A stretch of 64,000 nucleotides of DNA. Origin: Vermamoeba vermiformis (Eukaryota). Shown piece by piece: positions 53,201-64,000 of this stretch. Position numbers and translations under genes: made by a program. The DNA is taken from NCBI GenBank assembly GCA_045837725.1, contig JBEWZL010000077.1, positions 434,001 to 498,000 on the forward strand. Direction: 5' to 3'. Each line of letters opens with the position of its first letter. Positions within the stretch are counted from its first letter, which is position 1. Under the pieces are notes generated by a model. The model was not told where the DNA came from. It worked only from the letters and a program-made list of their open reading frames with translations, and did no database searches.

Positions 53201-56200
53201 AGTTATTGTTGGCTATTAGTCTCGTGGACATGTCGAACAGTGCTGAAGTACAAGGCCAGTACAACGTCGCGTGGGCTAAGCAATGGGGTGTCTTTACGCG
53301 CTTGCACAGATTGATAACTGAACGAATTGATGACGATTCTTATCGTGGCTTAATCACCGAAGTTATTGGCGCCTTAGTCATAGCACTATCAAAGGTAAAG
53401 CCCGCCCTGATTGATTTTTTTCGTTTGGTACTAATTTTTTCTTTCTTCAGAAACCTGTCCCGCCTGATGCTTGGAACGACATTACAAATGTGATTGGTAT
53501 ATTGTGCAACATGAACAATCAAGCCCTTATTGGCGATGCAATGACTTCATCGCTCACGAGACAAGTCACCACGCCAAACTTCTACAACTGTCTCAACTTC
53601 TGGGCCAGACTGTTGATTCCATTGGTAAGATCTTTATTGTGCTTATATCTGTCCAATTACTAACTTTAACTTAGTTGGGAGGCAAGAACAAGAGAACTGA
53701 AGAGCTGGTCAATCAATTCTTGCACGGTGCTTTTATTCAACAAGCTAACTTCTCTGAGTACATTAATTTGTTCCCACTGAAGATTCTGCCATTCAAAGAT
53801 ATTCAACGATACGTTCAGTCCAATGGTACGTTCTAAGAGCCAGTACAACCTATTTAAAGTTTGAAACTGATGTTCTTTTGAAGTCCCATGGGTTGCTTAT
53901 CTTGCGTTGTTTGCATTTGACGCAGTACCAGCCCCTCGTAGAAATGGATCGGAAGAAGCGCAAATTAAGAACTCAAACTTGGGTAATTGGAAAGACATGG
54001 CTCTGTACCTCGGTGATGCTGTGATTGCCATTCCTTTCTGGGAACAATTTTTCCGCATTTATTTTGCCACTCAAGAGCGGTACAATGATAGCTCGTATTT
54101 CACACAACAAACCAAGCAGCCTTTGAGCGATCATTTCATGGCGATGGCCTCACGATTCCAAGGCGATCATACTAAGCCATTTTATCAAATGTATTACTCT
54201 TTCACTACTTGGGCCAAAGACGTTGTTTTGTAAGTAGCCCGCAACACGCAAAAACTTACCATGGAAAACGAGTTCTAATGTCTTTTTGTAGCTCGACAAA
54301 CTTGCTGAAAGATCGAGCGTCAGAAGTGTTCCAAACATTCGTCAAGTTGATGCCACCAACGTTCCCGTTAGGTTCAAACCAACAAACACTTGTGCGTCCT
54401 CCAGTTGACGCAGATCTTACACACGACGAGCAGACCAATTTCTTGGTGTCGTTATTGCCGTCAAAGACACCTGCTCCGACTCAAGTGTTTGACGAAGAAA
54501 AGAAACGATTTGAAGGGTTCAGAAAAGAATTCAATTCCAATCTTAAAGCACTGCTCGAGTACGCCAAGCGTCCTGAAGGCTCGAGCATTCCTGCCATTGA
54601 AGACTTGTCCGTGTGCTTGAGCCATTATTACGAGGTCGTTGACTCGTTGTGGATCTACGAAAAGTCATTCTTGAACCTCATAGAGCAACAATATCAAAAT
54701 ACTCCGCAAATGTCAACAGGTACGTTGTGTTTTAATAATGCAAAAAAGCACGTCTAATCTCGTTTTGCAGTTGCAATTCCTTGTTACCAAGGTGAAGACT
54801 GTGTTAGTCCTGCCTTAGTTCAGCTTCAAATCTCGCGAATTACATCGCCCTACCCGAACATTCGTGATGATTTGACTGTGAACAGACAACAATTCACGCG
54901 TGCCTTGACAGAGTTCTTCGAAATGTCGCGAACTGTCGGTAACGCTGTCGTTATCCTCGATCACGTTAAGAATCATCTGCTGTTGCAAGGTAATATTTCC
55001 AAATTAGGAAATATTATTTTTGGTATTAATATCTTGTCTACTAGAAACTGCGGAAGCGAAGTTTATGGCCCAAGTCTTGTTCTTCAAATTACTGCCACTT
55101 ATTTTGAATCAAGAAGCCCCGCCATTTTCACCGATTCACACAGCGTTGATTCGTCTCGCCGTGGAGATTGGTGAAAAGTACATCAAGCACGGTGGACCTC
55201 ACCCACAATTAGCCTTGTTGAAGATGGTTCTTGAGGCCAAGAAAGTTTCTATTGACGTGCCCTCACCAGTGCTAAGTGCTTCAAACAACAATTTGATGAT
55301 GAGCACTCGTAGTTCCGGCGACTTTGGCTTGAAGACTTTGTCCCTCAGTCAATCAACCAATGAACAAACTTCATCGGTCGGAGCTCCTGTGTTCACAGAA
55401 ACACGACAAGATTTGTTCAAACTCATCTCACCTCATCATTTCTTGAACGCAGAAGGCTGGCCTACTTACACTCAAATGTTGAATATGTTCCTTAGTTCAA
55501 CCACTGAGCTCTCTTTGAACGAAGAGAAGATAATCGCCGAACAATTTGAGTTCGCGAAGTGCATTTCGATCGTAAGTCTAGACACGCCTAGATATTTAGC
55601 AGTCGCCTAACAAGTGCATTTGTAGCTGTTGGCCAGTCCAAATGGAACCGATGAACTTTATCGCATGTTCGAGTTGAGCTTGAAGAAGCCTGGCTTGGTT
55701 GAAATCGCCACGCACTTGTTCAACCAGCTCATCAACTTCGATTTCCCGAACAACGTATCTCGTGTTCTCACTATTGCATTGAAGCAAACAGGTGGCAATA
55801 ACTCTCACATTATTACCATCGTTCAGTCATGGTCCAGCGGAATAATTCAAAGCGGATCTTTCACTTTGGATCTCGCGACAACATTGCTTCGAACTCTCCG
55901 TACTGTCTTCCCCTTGCCTACCGAGCACGCAAATGCAGCAGCCATTCACATCTTCAAGCAAGTTCTGTTGTGTAAGTGCACTAATGACAACGTACGACGA
56001 TCATTGTTAACTTTCGTTTGGTAGTTTCGCCGTTCAAGTCAAGCCTGTTGGAAGAGAATCAAAATATCTTCCAACACCCACCCGCACTAGCTCCTAGCGC
56101 AGCTTGGGACGAAGTTGAACGAATAACTAAATCGGCGCTAACGAACAACTTGCCCGTGAGTCAGTTTGACAGTTTGCTGAATGTCATTGCCGAGACTATC

Positions 56201-59200
56201 TTTGGCGCGTGTCCAAAGTTGATCGACAGATTTTGGTACCTTTATATTGACGCTATTGCTCCTTACGTTGTCAGACACCAAGACGCAATCAGTAAGTCCT
56301 AAACTCAACTTCTAACTTTTGGTACTAACGCAGATGTCAATTAGACTATGCTCAAGTGTCATCAACAATCACTCGACTACCGTGGCAAGATGCGACGTTC
56401 CATATCAAAGACCCGTTTGTTCTTGTGCACATGAGCAAGCACTCGGATCTGATCCCACAAATCGTCCAAGCAATCTTTGTTCGGTTGGATTGGAACGCAT
56501 TTGCAAAGTCACTCGAGCCAGTTAGCCTTCCTGTAAGTTCTTACATGATTGGGCCTCTTTGTATAAGCACATTATTAATCCTATCTTTTAGTTGTTGACG
56601 GGTGAGGAGGCTCAAGAAGTGTCGTACACGTACAGAGACAAACACGTTTTACACTTCTTGAAGATGCTCATGGACTTCAATTTGATGGCGCCAGAATCCA
56701 TCCCTGAATCTCTTCGACGAGTTAACTTTGCACTGTCGCACAATCCTAATGCAGTCAAAGATAAGATTTACATGTTTGATTGGCGAAAAGTTCCGTTGAA
56801 GGAGTTCAGAGAAGTTTTCACGGGCGAGACTTTGATCCGATTGGTCAAAGACGTGAAAATGAGTCAAGACCCTTCGAAGCAATTGATCGAGAACTTGCTC
56901 TTGCTGAAGGACATTGCTAAGTTCGTCGGTCATGCTGAGCCAATGTTTGCTTGTTTCCGTGAAGCCAAATCCATCTTGTTCTTCCACATGCAGAGCGTTG
57001 AAACAGGTACGTCATTATATTATTGGAAAGTCACTCTTTGAAGTGTCAAACGGGTTGAAAATTTTTGAAAAAAAAAATATATAAACAAAAAATGACACGT
57101 GTCATTTCTAACTAATTTTCTTTCACAGAGGAACATTGGTTGATTCCGTACCAAGATCAGATTAAGATCGTTGGTGCAGTGCTGGTTCCATTGACCACAC
57201 AGTACTACGAGATCCAAGAAAACGAAGATCACGAAGTACATTTGCAGCAGCTGAATATGGGCCAAGCGTTGTTATTCGAAGACAAAGACATTACAGCTGA
57301 TGTCAGGGATTACGAGCAAGAACAAGAAGAAGAGCCCATGGTGATGTTGTTGTCGTGCATTAAGGGCACTGAAGGCGAGGCTGCTTCGTGGAAATGGGGT
57401 AATTCGTACTTGGCACCGCTTAAGTTTGCCAACACGAGATTGCCGCCTCAAATTATTCCGCTGGTCGGCCACTCTGAGAGCGACAAACTTATCGCAGAAC
57501 ATAACCAAGAGTTTGAAGTAAGTCAAAAACAACACTTGGTGAAATTTCACAGTTCACTGAACCGCGCGGCACAGCGATCACGTGCCTCGGTCTGATCGAG
57601 TTTGTGGTGAACGTGAGCTAATTTTTTTTGTTTCAGTCTTTCCACGAGAAGTTGTATTCGTTGATCGTGCACTACAGCAACTCTGTGCCGTCATTCGTGT
57701 GCCTCAAAGTGTTCAACTATGCTTTCACCTCGTTAAGCTCAAAGCCTAAAGTCCTCGTTCAAATTATTGAAAACACTTTGCACAATTACTTTGGTGCAAG
57801 TTTGAACGAAAAGTCGGTATTCAAACACGCGGCTATTGCTTTCAAGTTCCCAATCAGCAAATGGGTTGCCATCGCTCAAGTACGTCAATTTCAAAACTTT
57901 TTTTTAAAGTCACGTGCTTATTTATTTTTTCCTTTTTAGGCTGCTGCTGAAAATAGCTGCGCTTTGACATTGCGATTATTGTTCGAGAAGATGAAACTGT
58001 TCATTCAATCGCTCAAACAAACCGGTCAAAAGGCACCTCTCGAATGGTCTAGCATTGAATTGTTCTACGAGGTGGCTTTAGAATTAATTTTGAAGTTCAA
58101 ACCACACGAGACAAAATCGTTTGACATGTTGTGCTTGTGGTTCTTTGCGATAGAAATGGTCAGCGAAGAATTGACACCTGTCAACATGACCAACGAAATC
58201 ATTGACTTGGTAAGCTAAAATCAAAGTTTATATGAAATTAAATGTTCTAATAATGTTTTAGTTGATTTTATTGCGAAGTCAATGGCAGTTGTACACTGGA
58301 TCTGTGTCGATGTTTTCCAAAAGAAAAGTTGTCAATTCATTAACAACAAATCCACGCAACATCAAAGCACACGTGCCTGAAGGCGAGGCAGGTAGTGACG
58401 ACTACTACAAGATGGTCACCGAACTTGCGACCAAGTCGTGCGAGATCTACTTGTTGCGCACATTCATCTACAGAACGAAGAAACAAAACATTTGGCCGAT
58501 CGATCGCGCTATGGCCAATGAAAATAGTTTGATCGTCAATGAATCAGATTTGAAGAAAATGTACGACAGCTTGATGAACGTTCGCAATAAGGTACGCGAA
58601 AAAAGTTTTTTTCCTTTTATGGAAGGTCAAGTCATTCTAACATACTTTTAGGATCGATACAACCGATTTAGCACGTTTTTCTCAGAAATGGAATCGTTAT
58701 TAGCGCCGCTGAATGACATTGCGCATTTTGAACAATCGTTGATCAAGGTAGGTTTTCGATCAATTTACTTTCTTCTAGCGAAACTTTTTTTGACACGTGT
58801 CATTTGCAGACTTTAGCAGCCATCGCCCCATACTTGGCCAACATGGTGCCAGTCGTTGATGAGTCGGAACAACGTGCTCCGAGATCTCCGATCATGTCAC
58901 CTTTGCGCGGATCCGCCAACGAATTACGAAAGAGCGTCAATTTGTCACTAAGCAATAACAATGCAATTGTTAATACTGGTCTTAATATGAACAATGGCGT
59001 GCCTACGATTGACGAGCCACTGCTTGACTTTGGAAATTTGACGATGAGCGGAAGTAGCAATGACATGGGCAGTAGTGCTAAAAATAGCAGCAATAATAAC
59101 AGCGGACCTAGCAGCATGCACGAATTAGACATCATATTCGGAAGTTCACCGCCTGTCAGCAATCCGGCGATTAACACGAACACTTCTAATAGCAGCAATC

Positions 59201-59232
59201 AAAGTGAAAAATTGATTGATTTCGATTTGTAA
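50234..59232 (+). CDS. Very large alpha-helical protein, probable EPG5-like autophagy tethering factor
   Basis: About 25 or more exons, over 2000 aa, helical composition. Motifs reminiscent of EPG5: PFWEQFFRIYF, IPCYQGEDCVSPALV, LPWQD. The start codon is uncertain. Confidence 0.55.
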
Positions 59233-59444
59233 TAAATACTATTGTTTTTACCTGTATTAGCGTTACTAACAGATATTTATCGATATCAAAGTAAAATGGA
59301 TCGCTATCGATAAATGCTCTAGTTACTAACTGGATCCTGTAATAAGTATTCAAATTCTAGAATTTTTTTTTAAGGGTTATGTAAAATAAACGAAGTGCAT
59401 AGCTACTTAAATTCGTAAATTTTGTCAATTTATTGTTTTTTTGA

Positions 59445-60986
59445 TCAGTGAGACGTTGATTTTTTGTGCTGAATTAACGAGCCAATATTACTCCAAGATT
59501 TGCCGCATTTGTTACATTCGTAAGGCGTTTCAACGACAGTTATAGTATTATTAACATAAATAGGAGTATTGTTATTATTATTAGTATTGCGTGCTCTAAA
59601 TTGTCTATTATTGTAATTCGTATTATTTGGGCTTGATCCGCCGAGATTTGCTAATTGAGCCCGTAGACTGGCTACTTCTTCTTCGAGGGACTTAATTCGA
59701 TTATTTTTATATTCAATCATACTATGTACTTCGGCAGGAATAATATGAAACTCCGTAACTTCTCCTGGCTAAAAAAAATGTTTTGTTAGCTCCGTCTGAG
59801 GAAATTAACTTGCGCAGTATCATTAATAATGTGATGCTTTTATCTTTAATAAATATTGTTGTATACTTACAGGATGGATATACGGCTTATTTTTCTTTTT
59901 GGGAGGTGGTTCTAGTACCTTTTAGGAAAAATATTAGATCCCTTCTAGTATTGAACGATGCAAAAGCCATTTAAACCGTTACCTTTTCGTTATTTTCTTT
60001 AATTTCCATTAGTTCTTGATAAATTCGTTGATGAAGATAAGCGTCTGTTGCTGCATAATTGACTTGTTCATCGGTCAAAGGATTTCGAGACCAATTAGAT
60101 GTTGCCAGCTTCTTATCGATGGCATAACCTTAAATAATATAAAGGGATTAGTATTGCTTAAATAGATGCTACAGAAACGATGCAGACCGAATTGTAGATC
60201 TGATCGAAAAAAGATCTCGAAACAAAAATAAGTGTTTTGGCGATCGCTAGCGTTATTAAGCAACTGATTATATTATTCATATAGTACGGCATAGATAATT
60301 TACTTACCAAACAAATTAGCTGCCAAGTGTTTCAATGAACTCCGTCTGAACCCCAATTGTTTAGCGCAGGCAGAAATGTCAAAAACTGGCTCTATTTTTA
60401 GCTTTAAAGAGCTTAATTTCTTAAAATCATTTTTATCGTGGCTATGCCCGATTTTCAAAATATTTGGATCCGTTAGTAGATCTGATAAGATCCTGGGCAC
60501 GTGTCTATACAGTTGTAATGGGCGTACTATTAATAATACGCATACTTCTTCTATAATCAAACAAATGTTAGTGAACGAAACACGTCGATCGGGATCGAAG
60601 CACAAAAATCTGATTACAAAATTAAACACGCCGTGCTTGGCTGCAAAAATGCAAATAAAATATTATTATTGTGAGGTAATATTAATGTATCTGTAGAAGC
60701 CATTTAACGCCGTATCTTGTCGTGAAAAATTGAAGAAAATAAATAAAATCAAATTAATTTAACTCCGACTTATTTTTCGTATTTAAATGGATTTACCTGT
60801 AGCCAGTTGTATAATTTCAATTGGATTATTGTCGCCTGAATTAAAATCAGGCCTCCATTCAAGATCTATACCAATGTATTCCGGATCGCTTTCGAGTAAT
60901 TTGCCAATCGCAATAGGCAGGAAGTTAACCGACGTGACCTTATATATTGTGCCTTCAAATATATAAGGCTCGAGTTTTCGTTCCAT
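59445..60986 (-). CDS. WRN/EXD2-like DEDDy 3'-5' exonuclease with a C-terminal coiled coil and C2H2 zinc finger
   Basis: IGIDLEWRP, IIQLAT, LLTDPNILKIG...NDFKKL, SLKHLA, SNWSRNPLTDEQVNYAATDA. C-terminal YECNKCGKSW...LIQHKKSTSH. Confidence 0.88.
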
Positions 60987-61345
60987 TTCTGTTGTGTTCG
61001 AGTCACGCCGTGTGAAAAGTCTTGAACTCCGCCAAAAATCACTTTTAAATAGCTCAAAACAACACAGCGACGTGTTAGAATAGGGACATATGTATTATTC
61101 TCTTAAATTAAACCAAAATAGGAAGCTGCTTGTTAAATTAAGTCAAAATTCGATTTTTGTGAACGGATTTCTTTACCTGATCGACTATTGATGACCGAAA
61201 CAAGTCAACAAGTTTGAAATAAATATCGGTAAGTTGTTCTTTTTGGATTTCTCTCTCGCGAATATTCTTGTTCGGTTACAAAGAAAAAACATTTTGTACT
61301 TATTAAATGTAATTATGTGTAGAAGGCCAACATAGCTGGCTAGCC

Positions 61346-64000
61346 ATGGCATCGAACACAAATATTCAACCTCGCAGAAGGTGTGTAAATTCCTTCCATT
61401 CGTAATTTATCTGGAGCTGAAATTACAAATTAATTACTAATCCTAAATAATTAGTGAGCAAATTACACCGCCGCTCCAAGCAACTTCCGTACACGGAAAA
61501 ATTGTGGAGAGGCTGATGGGCATCAAGCTTGGTTCCAATTTACTTCCGCCTTTTGAATACACCAGACCCTACCCTGGATTCGAACTGCCAAACACACTCG
61601 CAGTTACTTTCGGAGACAAATGGCCTAATATTGAAGCATTAACGGTACGAAACTAATGGGATGCTTTTGCGTCAGCCCGCTAAATTTTCTTTCTAGGAAT
61701 CCGCTGATCCGCAAATTGCCGCCAAACGCCGATCCGCGCCAAACGCGCAGTTGAATACATCTCTGTCCGAAGAAGGTATCATTGGAGCGCTATTGGTGGA
61801 TACTGTTGTTAATGTCTCATTATAGGCACCTTACCGCACGATGCTCTCGCGATCGAGCGATTTTGGTCTGCCGTTCTGTCCGTGAAAGACAGAACTCGTA
61901 ATCTAGACGAAGAAGCGACCGACAGCACATACCGCGTAAGTGACATATGTTTTGTTTCTCCGAATTCAGCTAACGAGCCTTTAGGATTACATTCACGCCT
62001 ATCTTGCTACTCAGCTCTGTCCGTTCATGCCCAATGCTGTTTGGGGTACCGAGTACGTACTTGGCTAGTGAACTGAATTTGCGTCTCGCTTACTAATGAT
62101 CATTAACAAAAGAATTAGTGTTGACTTGAAAGTGATACAGAAACTTGTGCAGAACGATGCAGATTGGAAGAATTCGATCGACCATGTACTTAACATGTTT
62201 GAAGACAACCTGGAATCAAAGAAAAGAAAAAAGAATAATACCGACGATGGCCCTAAAACGAAAAAACAAAAGCTCTTAGATTCTTCATCGATGCCGGCTC
62301 CTATTGACAAAAGATGGATTCGAATGAGCAATTTCCAATTATTTTAACGCAAGCAGACAGTGCCACGCAAGATGAGGGCCAGACAGGCAGCAATCCTGGT
62401 CTCCAGACTACTGTGATGAACAAGGGAATTGCAGAAATCAAAGCAAAAAAGGGGCGCATGGACGGTTGTTTCCATCTTACAAAGGAGATTTATGGAACAA
62501 CAGTTATTTTCGAATACAAATCTGAACTGAAAGGCACAACTGACACAGCAATGAGAGAAGCAGAATTAAGTGCAAGGCTGCAAACCTCATTCTATGCAAT
62601 ACTTTGTCTTCTCTATCGTGCCTTCACGTACCCTAATGTCACTCACAACATCATTGCATTCATCTGCTTTGGCTGGGTTGTGCATGTTGTGCACTATCAG
62701 ATTGACACACAGAAAAAAATTAAGCATAATCAAATTGAAATTTTTGATCTCAAGCAAGACAAAGAGTACTTGAAATATTGCTGCCTTCTGACACATCTTC
62801 CGCACTTCATTGAGGCTGAGAGTGAAAAAATGAAGAGGTCTGGAGATGAAGAAAATAGTAATAACAACAGTGAAGACCTACAATCAAGCCAGCCTGTTGC
62901 CTATAGTTCAAACAGCACAGGTCAATCAGAAAAGCCAGAACCAAGGGAAAACAAAAAGGACAACACTAATCAAGGTACATCTGGTGAAAGCTCAGCTGGA
63001 CCTCCAACAGGTGAGTACTTGGGTTGCACTAATCACCAAACTCACCTACTTTGATGCAGACAATTTGTTGTGTGTTCCTTTTGTGCTACAACCACCACAG
63101 GGACTGTTAGGCTCCCACCTGCAAGTGGATGACTTTGCACCTGAGTATAACAAAGACTTGGTTGAATGGCCCTCCAAGGTTGGGTACCGAGGCTACACAA
63201 CAAAAACACAATTTGGTGCTAATGTGGAGGTTCGAAAGACTGAGGGTTTTCACTTTGAAGTTCAAGTGCTGCGCAAGATGCAAGGCAGACTTGGTGTGCC
63301 AGAGTTGGTTGCCTATTACAGCAAGAAGTCTGATCGGTTCCAACGCACTGTGCATGTCTATGCCACCTTAGAGTATCAACTAACACCCTCAACACTTACT
63401 ATAAAAGGCAAGATTCGAAGTCTCCTCCAAGCTCTTCATGTGCTTCATGCAGAGGGTGTCCAGAATGGTAGAATTCGAGCAGATTCAATACGGTGGAGTG
63501 GTGATGAAATTAAGGTAAGTGCAATTCACAATTGCAGTCTGGGCAGTTTTGACAATATTTGCAGTTTATATCATGGTCTAATTGTAGAATTCGACAAGAA
63601 GCATTTGACTTTGACGAAGCATACCCTGGATATGACCTCTTGGGTGCAGGTCAAGTCATCAAGACATGGTGTTCACAAGCTTCTGAAACTGAGCGAGTGC
63701 AGTTCAATCGCCTTGCTGATGCATTGGTGAGTTCAAATTCATATTGTAATGTATCTGTCGCTAATTGGACCTCAGATGGGTCCCTGCTCGTATCGCAGAA
63801 TATCACTTGAAGCAGCTCTTGAGTCCATTGATGACCTGAGTGTGTTGGACAGATTCTTCGACAAGTATGGCACCATTGATACCATGACATTTGAGTAAGT
63901 GAATATACTTGACTACTGTGTTAATGCATCCCTCAGGGAAAGATTGAAATGCTGCAATGATTGCGAGTTGGCAACCTACGTAAACAAAGTAACTGCACAA
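61346..64000 (+). pseudogene. PD-(D/E)XK nuclease + degenerate kinase fusion (Crinkler/CR-effector-like) with apparent frameshift; runs off the window
   Basis: RMDG...IFEYK...ARLQTSFYA (REase-like core). FEVQVLRKMQGRLGVPELV, LLQALHVLHAEGV, FDFDEA, RRISLEAAL (kinase fold). The frame changes near 62310 with no GT donor available. Confidence 0.6.

Overview
A gene-dense, AT-rich eukaryotic window with short GT-AG introns (about 50-100 nt). The gene content suggests an amoebozoan-type protist: a cAR-family GPCR, TKL and SH2 kinases, a Zn2Cys6 factor and IPT/TIG receptors. About 20 mostly spliced genes were assembled by hand from the fragmented ORF track. Main highlights: (1) a 4-exon Rdx/SelW-fold selenoprotein gene missed by the ORF track, with an in-frame TGA in an SxxU motif and a well-formed type II SECIS; (2) two head-to-head plexin-architecture receptors (beta-propeller, about 7 PSI and 6 IPT, TM, RasGAP), each flanked convergently by a Kelch gene with a GPI-like tail; (3) an unassigned structured small RNA of about 96 nt with a DUSE/USE-like upstream element and a T7 tract; (4) an intron-restricted palindrome, TGACACGTGTCA, including a MITE-like copy; (5) a RhoGAP-like/Cbl-TKB-like/SH2/TKL kinase; (6) two zf-PARP F-box proteins; (7) a locally CpG-depleted PD-(D/E)XK nuclease-pseudokinase gene. 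All family calls come from motif recognition; no database search was run. Exon boundaries are approximate unless stated.
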